A stretch of DNA of 60,082 nucleotides, the filler included, from Platydemus manokwari (taxonomy: Eukaryota): NCBI GenBank assembly GCA_037951405.1. It is 5 parts of 5 records of this genome, joined end to end, with 100 filler letters (N's around TTAATTAATTAA, not from the genome) between each part and the next. Parts side by side here need not be neighbours in the genome. Positions count along the whole stretch, not along the records: positions 1 to 12,769 come from JBBMOY011971378.1; 4 more parts are not named here. One strand, 5' to 3'. How positions within the stretch are numbered: the stretch's first letter is position 1; each line of letters opens with the position of its first letter. This document shows positions 1-12,869 of this stretch, piece by piece. The position numbers and the translations under genes were made by a program. Below the pieces are notes generated by a model. The model did no database searches. It saw nothing but the letters and a program-made list of their open reading frames with translations, and was not told the origin of the DNA.

Positions 1-1593
1 ATTAAAATCTTTTTGTTATAAATTTTTAATAAAAATTATACATTATTTTGTACTGTTTTATATTAAAAATGTTTGCCTACCTATATAAAAATACTTGGTA
101 TCGGTGTATAGAAGTGTTAAGCCTATTTATTAACAGTTTATATGACTATTTTAAATTGGTTAATTGCATACAGATATTAATATTAATGTCTAAGTCATTT
201 TATGCTAACTCTGCTAGCCTCCAAACATCAACAATGATACATTAATAATATATAATGAAAAGGATTATATATAATCAAAAATAATGTTTTTTATGAAAAA
301 TACATTTGAACTATATTTATGTGTAATGATATTGTATAATAAAATAATAACATATAGTGATGGGTTATTATTGTTTATAATGGTTGTGCTTTTTGCATGG
401 ATATAATTTTATACAACGTAAAGGGGATAATTTCTGAATAACTAAATAATTACTGACCCTAAAAATCAAAGGTTGCAAGCTTTATTTCTTATTCACGTAC
501 TGGTCAGTACGACTCACAAAAATATCACAAAAATGCAATCAAACTTGGTTTACAGCTGATATTCGTATTACCTAGTGCGACTTTAACATTCAATACAATG
601 TCCCAAAAAACGCAACCAAAATTTGCAGTTAGCCATCGGTATTTATATACAGAAAATGTGTGTAATTTTTGTGACATATTTGTATCATATTTTGAATTTA
701 TCTTTATGTTTACAAATTTCTATTAGGGTTATTGATTTTTTATGCGCAGGATTGGTCAATCCGTATGTGTGTTGTTATGTGCCTATGTCCTTTTTTCCAA
801 TTATCTTTTTCCATCTAACTCAACTATGCTTGGTTGATTGCCATGCATGTATGATTCTTAAGCATGCGAATGCTTAAAACAAAGGTTCCAATGCGCAAAT
901 CAACTTTCCTTTGCAAGATTTTGTCTCACTCAACAAATGACATTGCTCATACATTGTTACTACTGTGTATTATTATAACTACTGTAGTTTGCATTATCAA
1001 TAATAATATTTAAATGAATTTTATAAACGGTTAAAGAAGATGTACAAAAATATCTTTGAGGAAACATAATTTTTAATATTTACTTTTTCATAAATCAATT
1101 TAGAAATAAAGAATGTTACTAAATAATCAAAAATATTCAACAAAAATATGTATATGTTGTTGGCATTATAAATCTTGATATATATATTTATTAATTCAAG
1201 TTTTCAACAGAAACAGTTTGGTACGATAACTGAAGCAGAGGTAAATATTAGCATTATTAAAAACTTTCAGTTTCAAATCAATAAAATTTGTTTGTTAATC
1301 TAATCGATTTATCTGCATTCTCTTAAATGATAACCATCTCCTAAAGTATATTTCGCCCAGTCTGAATTATCTATTGAGGACAAATTAATAGAAATCTTAT
1401 AAAATGATTTTACCAGATCTGTGATTTGAAATGTTTGAATAATATGGTGAGACTTTATTTTTAGCTAATCCATTTTCTTTACCTACACCAGTCTCATCTA
1501 AATTAAAATATTTAATAAAGTATAATCAAATACAATATTAAATTTTGTATTACGCATTTAATGTAAAATCAATTAAGCTATTCTATTATTATG

Positions 1594-4500
1594 TAACTAA
1601 GATTCATTTCATAATTTTTTCTATTCTATCTTCAAGTTGTTTAAATCGAGTCCACCATGTGCGACTTTGAAATATTGAAAGCTACTGAAGATTACATGAT
1701 CGAAATTCAGTAAAACGTGAAAATTACTATTAATCAGAAAAATCTAGACTTAAAAACTATTTCAAATGCGATTTTCCGCGAAGCTAATAAATATTAAAAC
1801 TATAATTCTTTCTCAGTTGGTCAGTGTATTAGAAAATATATTGTCATCTAACATTAAAGATGATTTTGACGAGTATTCCTACAAGGATGACAAGCCAAAT
1901 TTTAAGCCCAGACCCAAGAGTAACTCCAAAAAGAAATATTCAAAATCTACTAAGCAAATGACCAGAGAAAACCTAAATTTACTCGACAAAGAAGACATCT
2001 CGAAATGTTAGACAATTACGACAAGCACTTAAAAAATGTGGACCAGCCTTACAATGACCGCAGTTCAAAGAGAAACGTTAACTGAAGATCACAACCTTCT
2101 AGTTTCGAAGCTGAACGAAATGGTACGCTGAATGGGTGCAAACAAATAAATCGGTTGGCCAAAGTTTTGGAGACATTCTTAGCGAATTACCCGATTGAAA
2201 ATACGGATGAATACTCTCATTTAGAGAATAGACAATACCACTTCAATGCAAGACCATCTTGATTTTGGTAATAGCTCAGAAATCATCCCGAATACTATAG
2301 CCAAACAATTGAAAGAAGTTGATCTCGATATAGTGACCACAAATCACGTGAATCTGGATATTCTCTACACAAATGTAAGAAAGACTATAATACAAGACAA
2401 AGAGACAAACTTCAAAATGATTAGCTCAGTTACGCAAACAGAAGTGCCCACCATAGACCTAGAGAGTGAATCGAACTCACATTTCACTGAAACACACCTT
2501 AAAATCAATACGGCAACATCTCCTCTATCGTCATTGAAAATTGATAATGCGATAGTATTGGATAAGTTCTACCGTCATTCCACAGCAAAAAAATATGATG
2601 TTCTCTAACTCATCAAAAGATTTGAACTAAAAAAATGAAGGACGAGCTCATGGCAGAATACACTAAAAATAAAACTCAAGAAATCTGTTCATCTCAAGAA
2701 GTAGTGAACCCAGTGATTAAAGAAGTCAAAATCAAAAAATTTACTACCAGTCAAGGAAAAAAATGCTGAGCCTAATGGATAAACAGGCCATAGCGTCGAC
2801 ACCAAAACACGTAAACAAGGATCAATCTTTCTCAACCATCCTCACCTCAAGGTTGTTAGATAGTGAAGAGTCTTGCACTGCGAACTACACAGAATTTGAC
2901 TTTTGATGGGCCTCGTCCGGAGCGAACAAAAGGGCCTCAGTGTCGCATACCAAATGGTTCTCTCAAGACCAGATTGATAAATATGCATTAACAAATGTTA
3001 AGTTAAATGATTGCATGTTAATCAGTAGCTATGTTGCAAAATTATTTACAAATGGAGCCAATTTCAATAAAGTTGGTATCAATCCCATGAAACTCATAAC
3101 ATGTAAAACGGTTCTTGCTCCAATTAAAGTACGAAACCAACACCGGATGCTACTGGTGATATATCCATTTGGGGAGGTATACTAGGCCGATTGAGTAGTT
3201 AGGAATTCTTAAATGAAGCTGAAATCAAAGCGAAGAGAATATGCAACACACTCAAATAAGAAAATATACTTTGGAAAACTCAAAGATAAAAAGAAACTTC
3301 TCTGATAAAAAGAATGGCAATTACAAAAAAATAACTTTGACTGCGGCCACATTGATTGCGTAGTCAATAACCAATAATACATAGGCATTACTTTAGAACC
3401 ATCAAAAAAAAATGTAAACAAAATATTTCAGAATATTCGATTAACCAATTAACAGGGATGGGACCGACAACTGCAGAAAATCAGAATAACCATATCCTCT
3501 TTACATTATGGCCTTATGTAAAAAAGAATTTCAATGTCGAAAATTTCTAGTACTCGATCTTTTATTGGTAGATCCCTCGAAATCTGTCTAAAAACAGGGA
3601 AATTATCTTTTCTGATGAATTCTGAACGCTGGATTCTAGTGATAACATTTATAACAGAAAAATCAATTCAATTGCTGGACCCTAGAGGTGATGATGAAAC
3701 ATAAAAAAAATTACTCAGCAATCTAAATATAAATATTTCCATAATGATATGAAACAAAGAAGGCCTGAAATAGATTGAGATGTGCATTCCAAGATAATTG
3801 CCCAAAAGATACATTTGAAATCAGAAAATCATTAGCAGAAGGAGTGGCCAACAACTTTACAAATGAAACAGTAGATTAAATGTTTAGCAAATACTGTGAA
3901 TTTATTCGCTGTCTCTCCAAAATTAAATCATTAAGTAACACATACTTGGGTAGAGCTAATGATGAAAAAAGAGTTGAAACTGACCTAAAACTAAGAAGAC
4001 CGTTAAACCACGCTCCATCTGCTACCTTTGAATTAGCCACGCAATACAAAAAAGTTGACTGTCAACTTATTCAAGAAGACTTCGAAAAAAACAGAAGCAA
4101 GAAGCAGATCTTCCTTACTGTGAAGGATCGTGTACGAAAGCATGTAAAAATTTTTGTTCACTAAAGAGACTTACTAAAAGGGGCCAAAATTGTGACTTCA
4201 GCATAAAAGAACCAGAAACAATGTATACAACTCTTTGCAAACAGGACCCAAGTGCCCCTGGAAAAAACACGATCAATTATAAAGATATTCCATATGCAGA
4301 CCCAGAGACAAAAATCATAAACAAAATTTGCACAAAATATCTAAATAACCAAGAAATACCAGAAGAATGGAAAACATGTACAACATATAAAACCCATGAA
4401 ATAAGATCACTATCATGCAGTCAACTCTTGGCGCCCTATTGCTCTGCTCGACTGCAGCTATAAAATTTTCACAACTATTCTGTACAAGAAACTGAAAAAT

Positions 4501-6654
4501 TGAATTGATGAAAGCATCCACTCCAGAAGAGCCTAGGTCCAAATGACGGATGTGCCGAACACAACTTTTTACTTCGAGCCATTATAGAAGAACACAGCAA
4601 GAAAAATGTCGATAATGTTCACATCGGATTCTTATAAATCGAAGAAGCCTTTCTTTCATTAGATCTTGAAGCGATGTTCACAATCCTTGAGCATATAGGA
4701 TTGATTGAAACTGATATCAGAATCATAAGAAGTCTCTACACAGACTGCCAAACTTCTCTTAAATCCGGAGATTATGAAACAAAACCGACAAGACTGCCAG
4801 ATCTCCATGCTATTTTTCAACATTGCCATCAACCCAATCTCGGTACAAATGTACAACTGTCTTATTGGAGGCCTGATAATTGGAAATCATCGAATTTCAT
4901 GCCTTGCCTATGCAGATGACATAGCAATTATTACGATAAACCAAAATGGTCTCCAAATGATGAAGAATGAAGCATCGGCGCTCGGGTTCCAACATAGTTT
5001 CAAGTTCAAATTCTCAAAACGTGGGCACTTACATAATCAAAGAGCAAGTACTAACACGGTGGAATACCTGATCCACAATGAGAAAATTCCTACAATCAGT
5101 CTAGAAGAGTACTATCTCTACCTAGGAGTGAACCTCTCTTTGAAGTTACATAATACAACAGAAGGACTGTTCATCGATATGGAAACTCAGATAAATAAAC
5201 TGGAAAAATGCATTTTATTACCATGGCAGAAATTAACGGCCTTTGAGTTGTTCGTACACACCAAAGTGACCTTCTACATGAGAAATTGCTATGTCACTTA
5301 TAGAAGATTACTGCAGTTTGAAGTGATGATAAGAAAATATCTGAAAAAAATCTTTGGCGTACCGAAATTTTGCTCATCGAATTACCTCTATTCAACAAAA
5401 TCAAAGCATGACGAGGAGTATACAATACAATCCATCACCCAAGCGTATCATCTATTAACGAGCAAACATGCAATGATTAGGATGACGGCCATACACTCCT
5501 TGTGCAAAAGTTCTGGATTGAATAACCAAGCTGCGACAATCGAAGAAGCATTAGATTGTATTAATTCGCATATCCCATCAAATGAAAGGAGCAAAACATG
5601 GTGGGGAAATTAAGAGCTCGTGTTAAATATCCCGGTTTCTTTCACTATTATGAACGGTGAGGTAATGCTTAGAGTTCAACAAAGCCTTACAATCAATGGT
5701 TCCCATTACAAAAGGAGTGTCATAGTGGAACCAAAGAAAACCAAAAAACGTCAAAACTACTGAGACAATGTTTCGTACGATCTCACTAATTAAACTGGAC
5801 TAATCAAATCAGAAATGGACGCAATAGCAGCTACTCAGAAGCGTCCAATGTGGTCAAAAGTAGTTTTTAATGGGCATCTAACTATTGCTGAATTCAGATT
5901 TATTCATGATGCAAGGACAGACAACCTTCCGACTCTAAATAAAAAGTACATGAGAGGAACGGCATACAGAAAACGTTTATATGAAGTAGAATCGCAAACA
6001 CACGTCTTCACCTGATGCAAACCATCTCACTCTTTTGTACTGTATAGACACGACAGAATCATGGACATACTATACGGATTACAGAGTCTTTGTAGAGAAA
6101 GAATGTCAATTTAAGGAATCCAAATTAAGGGTAGATCTTCAAAAAATAAATGATCAAAATTCCACGATCGTAATACTCGATGTAAAATGCCCTATGGACG
6201 AACCTGCATTAATGTCCGAAACATCTCAAAAGAATATAGAAAAATACACAGACCTCCGAAATGCGATAAAAAAAAAGCGGTCCGACTGTACTGTAGAACT
6301 GCTTACTTTTGTAGTATTAGTTCTCGGAACTTGGCCATCACAAACGAATGATACAGTCCAAAAGAAATTAGAAATTAACAAGAAAATGATAAATAAGATA
6401 GCTCTTGCCTGCATAAAGTCGAATATAATTACGGGAAAAAGGACGGCAACAAAGACAGTCTTAAAAATAAGGGAAGGAGATTTCCAAGACAACATCGACT
6501 GAATTCAATTCAAAGGAGACAATTGAATTAAATGTTGAATTGATTGTGTGATTGAACTAGCGAACTGTGATTCGTGGATTGAACGAAAGAAATAACCATG
6601 TACATCCCATACTTTAATGTATGGGTATCTCGAATATCAATGTTTATGAATAAA
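1594..6654 (+). mobile_element. Decayed RLE-type non-LTR retrotransposon, NeSL/Utopia-like (Ulp1-like protease x2, RT, CCHC remnant, restriction-like endonuclease)
   Basis: One long ORF broken by stops and frameshifts. Ulp1/C48-like motifs at about 2950-3360 and 3600-3790. RT motifs IPEEWKT, RPIALL..SYKIF, DGCAEHNFLL (4340-4600) and LAYADD (about 4905-4920). ESQTHVF..C knuckle remnant and RHDRI (about 5990-6060). RLE core LRVDL...VILDVKCP...K..KY (6125-6250), stop at 6502. 3' UTR stem-loop CCCATAC-tttaat-GTATGGG (6606-6625) and AATAAA (6649-6654). The 5' boundary is inferred from a candidate TSD and is uncertain. Confidence 0.88.
4330..5613 (+). pseudogene. Reverse transcriptase domain of the NeSL-like element (frameshifted)
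   Basis: ORFs 4221-4463, 4674-4919 and 4774-5613 join by frameshifts into a non-LTR RT with YADD, the YLYLGV primer grip and an LPWQKL thumb motif. Confidence 0.92.
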
Positions 6655-7199
6655 TATTATTATGCCATGTATATGAAATAAAATTTATCAAAAGAATTGT
6701 TTTCAAAAGTAAATTAATTTATAAAACATGTTGTTACATTTTATGTTAAAAAAGCTAACATGTAACAATCACGACTTATTTAAAATTCGAAATGTTGTCA
6801 TATATAATGTGCTACAACCGTGCTCGTTTTAAAACAACAATATTTGAAGTAAAATTCAATTGTGTTTAAATAGTGAAATCCTTCGTTATATAAGATAGAA
6901 AGAAAAATATCTCTGCTAGATTTTTTGGTCAATGTAAAAGCATATAATCCAAACGGCTCTTGAGAAAACTGCTAATTACCTAGCCTAAATTTCATTTGAA
7001 TTCATATTTTATAGATGAATTAACAGAAAATTCGATCAATTTTTATTTTCCATTGTAGGCCTATTGAAATTCTGAAAGTACTCTTTCAAGAGCCTTTGGA
7101 AAATATTTAAGAAGATTTGGAAGCTTAATTTGAATATTATAAACATTTCATTAGGTCGAAGTTACGTTTACTACGTGTAATTTAAAATATTGTTAATTT

Positions 7200-9165
7200 T
7201 TAGTTAAATAGAAATCTCTTGTTCAAAACTCTATTATTTACTTTTCTGCCTGAAATTATTAACCATTTTAATTAATAAATTATAAATATTTTAAAATTTA
7301 AAAAGCTATTATATAATTGTTAGATTTAATTTTACAAATATTACTAATTAAAAAATTAAAATATTATTATTTAATTTAATATTTCTAAACTCACTAGAAT
7401 TACAGCAAAACAAACAGCATAACATGCATTTGTTTGAGGAATTTGGAAATTCATCAAATTGTGGTGATGATTTGCAACATTGACATCCATTTGAAAGTTT
7501 ACCTAAAACAAACGGTAACGTACAGCATTTAATACAAGACGCCCTTCTGCAGCCATGACAATTTCTAAGCCTGGCACATCTCCAGCAACAAATTCCTGGT
7601 CGATAAAATAGCCAAATAAAGGCAAATACTGCAAGTGGGAGCAATAGTAAAATAAGCCATAGAAGGTTAGTAGAATTTGCAATGATCGAAATAACTAAAT
7701 TAAATATTGTATTTTAAATTCAATAATAATCATTTGACAGTAAATAAATCATATTGGGAATGCACTTGAAATTTAATAAAAATTTGAAATACAAGAAAAG
7801 CAAGGTTAAATAACAGATAATTTCTGTTTCTGGTGTCTATATATTCCAGAAGTATTACAATTTTAAATAACTTTATGATATCGTTTTTAGTGTAAGTAAA
7901 AAAATAATGTAAAAAATGTGCTCACTCATCTAATCATCGCGCTATGTTACATTCCAAGTAATGACCAACTTCTAATAGATGAAATTAACAATTTAAGACT
8001 CTTCTGAATGATTTTCCCGAAGAATATTTCCTCGAAAGTGGTTTATTAGTAAATAAGTTGATAGTAGTCAATTAGTGTCCTTCGTTGTGAACTGTGACTT
8101 GATATTTATACCTCTATTCTGCGTGAGCTGCCACTAATGATACCATTGATTGTTATTTTCTCACAGATTTTATTTTCTAATCCAACATAATTTTAACGAC
8201 ACAATGATAATCAATCATTTTAGCCTCCTAGATTAGTCACAAATTTTTTGATAGAAAATAAGCAGAATACCTTTGTTCTCGTACAACTCATTACTTTAAA
8301 CTATATCTTAACAAACGCAAGGCTAACTTCCGAACTAAAATTTAATATATTTGCCAACTGTTTTTGCCTTATTCTGTTTTATCTACACTGATTGTTGTTT
8401 TCGGTGCTTTCTGATATCGTCTATCCATAAATTATTTCCTAGTGCTTTGGTTGAATCACATCACTATTTTAAATGCATCTTGATCAAAATATTCATTCTT
8501 TGATATACTCTTAAAAAAAGTTTATTGGATTAAAGAGAATATCTACAAAATAGTTCCTTTGTTTGTTAACATTGCTGTGAAAGCCTTATGAGTTGTGATA
8601 TTTTTGTTTATTGTTAAATAAAAATTTGATTATAACAGTTAACAATAATATATAATAAATTAGTTAGAATTTGGAAAATCACAAGTAATCTAACATTTAC
8701 CTAAGCTAATGAATAATTTATGTTTTATAAATATTTTTAAAGTACCTGGAGAGCAAACTGTCTGATCATAAGTAATAGAACTCCCTCCTGTAGGAATTCC
8801 GCAATCCATTCCCCCGTATCTGTCGCATTTCAAATTTATATCTATACATCTATCAGTATAAATACATTGAAATTCTGTTGCCAGATTTACACATCTACCT
8901 TTAAATTTATTAATGAAAAATATTTAAAAGGAAATATACCGAAATAAAAACTGTAGAAATCTATGATTATACTTGTCGTGGATCTACTTAGAGTGGTGGA
9001 AGCGTAAGTGGTATTATCATCACGAGTCGCTGTAGTATAAAAACCACCAATTAAAAAAAATCTTAAAGTTAAGGAGTTTTCTTCAAAATAATCTTTGTAA
9101 TCCGTTCCACTTAACTGAGAATTTCCGCATAAAATTTCAGTTGTATTATATTTCGGACGAATTAA
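7200..9165 (-). CDS. 3' part of a single-pass receptor: CUB-like C-terminal half, LDL-receptor class A module, TM helix, Cys-rich cytoplasmic tail
   Basis: Exons 9165-8940, 8898-8746, 7694-7395 and 7249-7200 splice in frame through GT-AG phase-1 introns. LDLa-like module CVNLATEFQCIYTDRCIDINLKCDRYGGMDCG...DQTVC sits on its own phase 1-1 exon. TM LLWLILLLLPLAVFAFIWLFY. Tail RPGICCWRC... ends RFLFN*. The CUB assignment (ILCG...NSLTLRF...IDFYSF) is tentative, and the 5' exons were not resolved. Confidence 0.8.
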
Positions 9166-9849
9166 CTGAAGAAATTATGTTTAGAAATAATTAATAATTA
9201 ATTATGTTAAATATATTTATAAATTATAAATAAATTTTAAAATGACATCAGGCTAAATCGATGAAAATAGAATAGAGTTATTGTAATTAAATTCATGGTG
9301 GATTACCATTCTTACTTTCATAAATTTGGAAAACCTTACCAGGGATCAAATTTGATGATATTATGAGATTAGATAAATTAAATAAGCAATTTATAAACTT
9401 AAATTACTTCAGGTCGACATAGTATTAGCAACATGTCGAATAATTTACGGATGTACTTTACTAGCATCTTTCACATTTCTTTTCGAATATGATCTATTTT
9501 TTGACAACCGCTATAAGTGATTCAGCGAATTTTTCTTATATGCACATAGTAAATAATTTATTTTAGAATCCAGTATATATTTGGAAGAATATACTCAAAG
9601 TTTTATTATCAAGCTTCTTTCAAGAATGGTTCAGTAAGGTGATTAAATAAACAAACAAAAATAAATAAACAAATTTGTTTAAATAATTGATTAGCGAATT
9701 AGCTTAATTATTAAAAAAATATTTTATATCTGCGAATGTTAATATGGCTACTTATACTCTCGTTATCTTGCTAATACTTAATCTACGGCTTAGTGTATTA
9801 GGTGGACCCACTCTCCGTAACCGGCTCGTTCTCTTTTGGGTGTTCTTCG

Positions 9850-10620
9850 TTGAATTCTGAATTCGATTCTTGTTCAATTGCAGCTACTTGTCTATTATTT
9901 TGGTTCACCATTGTGTAATTTTGATCGTGGAAATTCAGTCTGTTTTCATTTATTGAACCTCTTCTTATGGTACTCTGTCAGCGATCAACCTTTCTCTGGT
10001 TTATTGATGTCATCTGCTGGTAGTTGGATCCTTGTTGTCCCTTCGTATAACATTCTCTCTCGCAATATCCTCGATAATTATTTTGCCACACTTTATGGCA
10101 TTTGGATAATTTCTTGCCACGTGACCTACTCTGTGACATGTATAGCACTCACTTTTCACTTAAGTGCTATATGTCCTGGTTTTTGGCAATTATAGCCTGG
10201 TTTTTGGTTGCCCCTTGCTCACACTGTGTTTACTTCTCTTTCTTTATTTCTCGCTTCATCCAAAAACTTCACTGTTTTTTATCTGATCCACTTCTCCAAT
10301 GACTCTAATCTTTATTTTCTTCTCAATTCAACATCCTCTGCACAATATACCTAAAGGAAATAGTCAGTACCTCTTTAGTTACATTGTGAAACAATATATC
10401 TTCCACTAGCCTATCCACCGTTTTGAAATGCACTTCCACCAGTGCGACCTTCCTTTTGAACCGCAGAGCTCCCATGCAATTTTAACAAAACCCTTCCTCA
10501 ATCTGTCCTCTCACCCCATCTTAGCATCTGCCGGTTCAAATTATTCCACTAAGCCGTCGTGCAACAGTGCTAATACAATAGCATATTAAACGTGTTTTGG
10601 GATTTTTCCATCCTCAAAAT
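9850..10620 (-). mobile_element. Degenerate LTR-retrotransposon gag remnant with tandem CCHC zinc knuckles
   Basis: Minus strand gives (G)YNCQKPGHIALK* at about 10156-10197 and ECYTCHRVGHVARNYP at about 10103-10150, two decayed CX2CX4HX4C knuckles, in a purine-rich stop-riddled frame. Boundaries are approximate. Confidence 0.7.
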
Positions 10621-12769
10621 ATCGATAATATTTTTTAATAGTGTTCGACATTATCACCTATTTTAAATAAAAAACACTGGTGCGATACATTTCCAGTATG
10701 CATGAGATTATGTAATTTACCGATTACGTCAGCATGTTGAAGATAGAAATTTTACAATTTTTGATGAAAATGGAGTAAGCGATATTTTAGCCTCCCTCGG
10801 CGGACCGAAAACATCTCTCGGCGACCTGTTGAGATCCCATAACCAAATCTCAATGTGTTCCGCTCTGTTCGGCCAGCCAATCTATGCTTCGAATCCGTCC
10901 AACAAATTTGTCTCAGTCAACAGATTCGAACCACTCATAAAACTATTCTGACTCCGTACCACTCACTTACTTCCACAACAATCCTAATCAAAATCGACCT
11001 CGACGACAACATAAACCTAAGAATTCTTATCAAAATAATAATTATAATTCTAATCTTGTTCACCATTCTCGATTAGACCCTGCCAGACTAATCACTTCAA
11101 ATTGGAATACAGATCTTCTCCTACCGCAACCAGGACATCCAGTTTAGGGGTCGACAGGTGCATGACTGTCATCATGATAGCGAACAATTGGGAACCTCTA
11201 TGGATCTAGTTCTAACTATTTTATTTTATATTTTATCTTTAATTAACATTTCTAACATTACCCACTTTACTAATCTATAGTGTAATAAAATATCTCTCAA
11301 AAATTTTCAAACAAATAATTCATATACGATTGACCCATTTCATCATCACAACTATACGAACAATTTATTAACCTTGATGCGCACAATACCACACTCTCCC
11401 TCATTTCACCAACAGATCCTGAAAAAATAGAGCAATCAGACTCAAATTTAACTAACCTATCGGTACAAACCCCACGATGGAATTAGATAATATTGTGAGA
11501 TATTTATTATGAATTAAATTTCAATTTAATTCAAAAAAATTTTAATTTACATTTTATTCAAATTTTATTCAGATTTAATTCTAATTTTATAAAAAATTAA
11601 ATTAATGTAAAATTAAAATTATTTGTTTAAATATTTGGATTTAAATAGATTGATTGTATCTTGAATTTTCAATTTGTTTTTAATAGGTAGTTTTTAAAAT
11701 AGTAGCCGCTAACAAATATAATAAAACATATGAGGTCGAGGTGAGGGATTTCCAATTGCCTCGTGAAGACCACTTTTTATGCTCAATAAATATTATTTTT
11801 TTAAGTTAACAGACGCGTTTGTAGTCAAGGAATTTTTCTGTTTTTATCTGATAGTGATAACATTGTAGATTTTGTCAATAGGCTTTATTATTTCTAGAAA
11901 ACAGTTTAGAACATTCTGATCAAATGACTTTTTTTATCATTGCACTCAGTGTTTCCTATGACCTGGAATATCATCTTATGATTTTTCTACAATAATTATT
12001 TCTGTGAAAATCAAAGATCATTTTAAAATGTTGTGAATATAAAAATGATGTATACGTGATGAAAAATTCGATTTAAATTACCTAGTTACCTGTCCTTGAT
12101 TGTATGAAAGCAATTATCATGAAAGGCTGAAATCCAGTAACCAATAAATTCTAAAAAAACATCCGAGACACTGAAAAATTTAAAATATCGCTTACCTAAT
12201 TTTGAAAATTATCTCTTTATTTATTTAAAATTTTTAATAATTTCTAGGAAACATAGGCAAAAATATTCAATGTAAACAGGTACCAATGGTAGTTGGTAAT
12301 TGTGGAGTTAAGGATAGAGACTAGTAGTTCAAATTCATTTGTCAACTGGACATGCTACCAACAAGACTGTCAATATTTAGATTAGATTTTTGATATAATA
12401 TATACATTCATTATATAAATTTAATATATCTACAATTCCTAAATAACATATGGGATAATTTCGTGTCTTTCGTGTATTACTTTCTTACGTGTATGAGGTA
12501 TCAGATGACGCGGTCAGACATAAGAAGTCCGTAAAAGATAATTATAATGAAGTGCTTATCGGATTCTATATGATTGAAGGAATAATAACTGAGTTATATT
12601 CATTTATTTATTGAATTTTATATACAATAAGGACAACTTAATTATCATTCAATTTCCGATAACCATAATTCCCAAGACTATTGACAATTTCTTTTAGCAT
12701 GGATATTTTATTTAACTTATTTAAGATTAAATTACTTAAAATTTTACCAGTTTTATTTTGATTTACAGA

Positions 12770-12869
12770 NNNNNNNNNNNNNNNNNNNNNNNNNNNNNNN
12801 NNNNNNNNNNNNNTTAATTAATTAANNNNNNNNNNNNNNNNNNNNNNNNNNNNNNNNNNNNNNNNNNNN
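12770..12869. other. Assembly gap with artificial six-frame-stop linker (44 N + TTAATTAATTAA + 44 N)
   Basis: The identical 100-bp structure occurs four times in the window. Confidence 0.98.

Noticed and set aside
48-877. Short ORFs 48-245 and 623-877, and the many other 60-90-aa F/I/L/N/K-rich ORFs between 26 and 59 kb
   Set aside because: Their composition mirrors AT-rich non-coding DNA, with no domains or splice support. Tc1-like TIR fragments near 411-445 and 595-620 lack partners.
1300-1600. Search for U2 snRNA, spliced-leader or 28S target sequence flanking the NeSL-like element
   Set aside because: No recognisable match at either flank.
9180-9250. Alternative genetic code (TAA read-through) to open the LDLa gene 5' end
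   Set aside because: The host genes here terminate at TAA or TGA and splice into open frames with the standard code, so no reassignment is needed.
10790-11170. GC-richer plus-strand stretch with a possible decayed zinc knuckle near 11110-11140
   Set aside because: It needs several indels to restore CCHC. It is probably TE debris but too degenerate to call.
12080-12570. Minus-strand splice-like signals that could be 5' exons of the CUB/LDLa gene
   Set aside because: I could not assemble a consistent stop-free frame linking them to the exon at 9165.
12814-12825. TTAATTAATTAA palindrome recurring four times between N runs
   Set aside because: It is an artificial scaffolding linker with stops in all six frames, centred in identical 100-bp gaps. 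It is not biological, and adjacency across the gaps is assembly-dependent.
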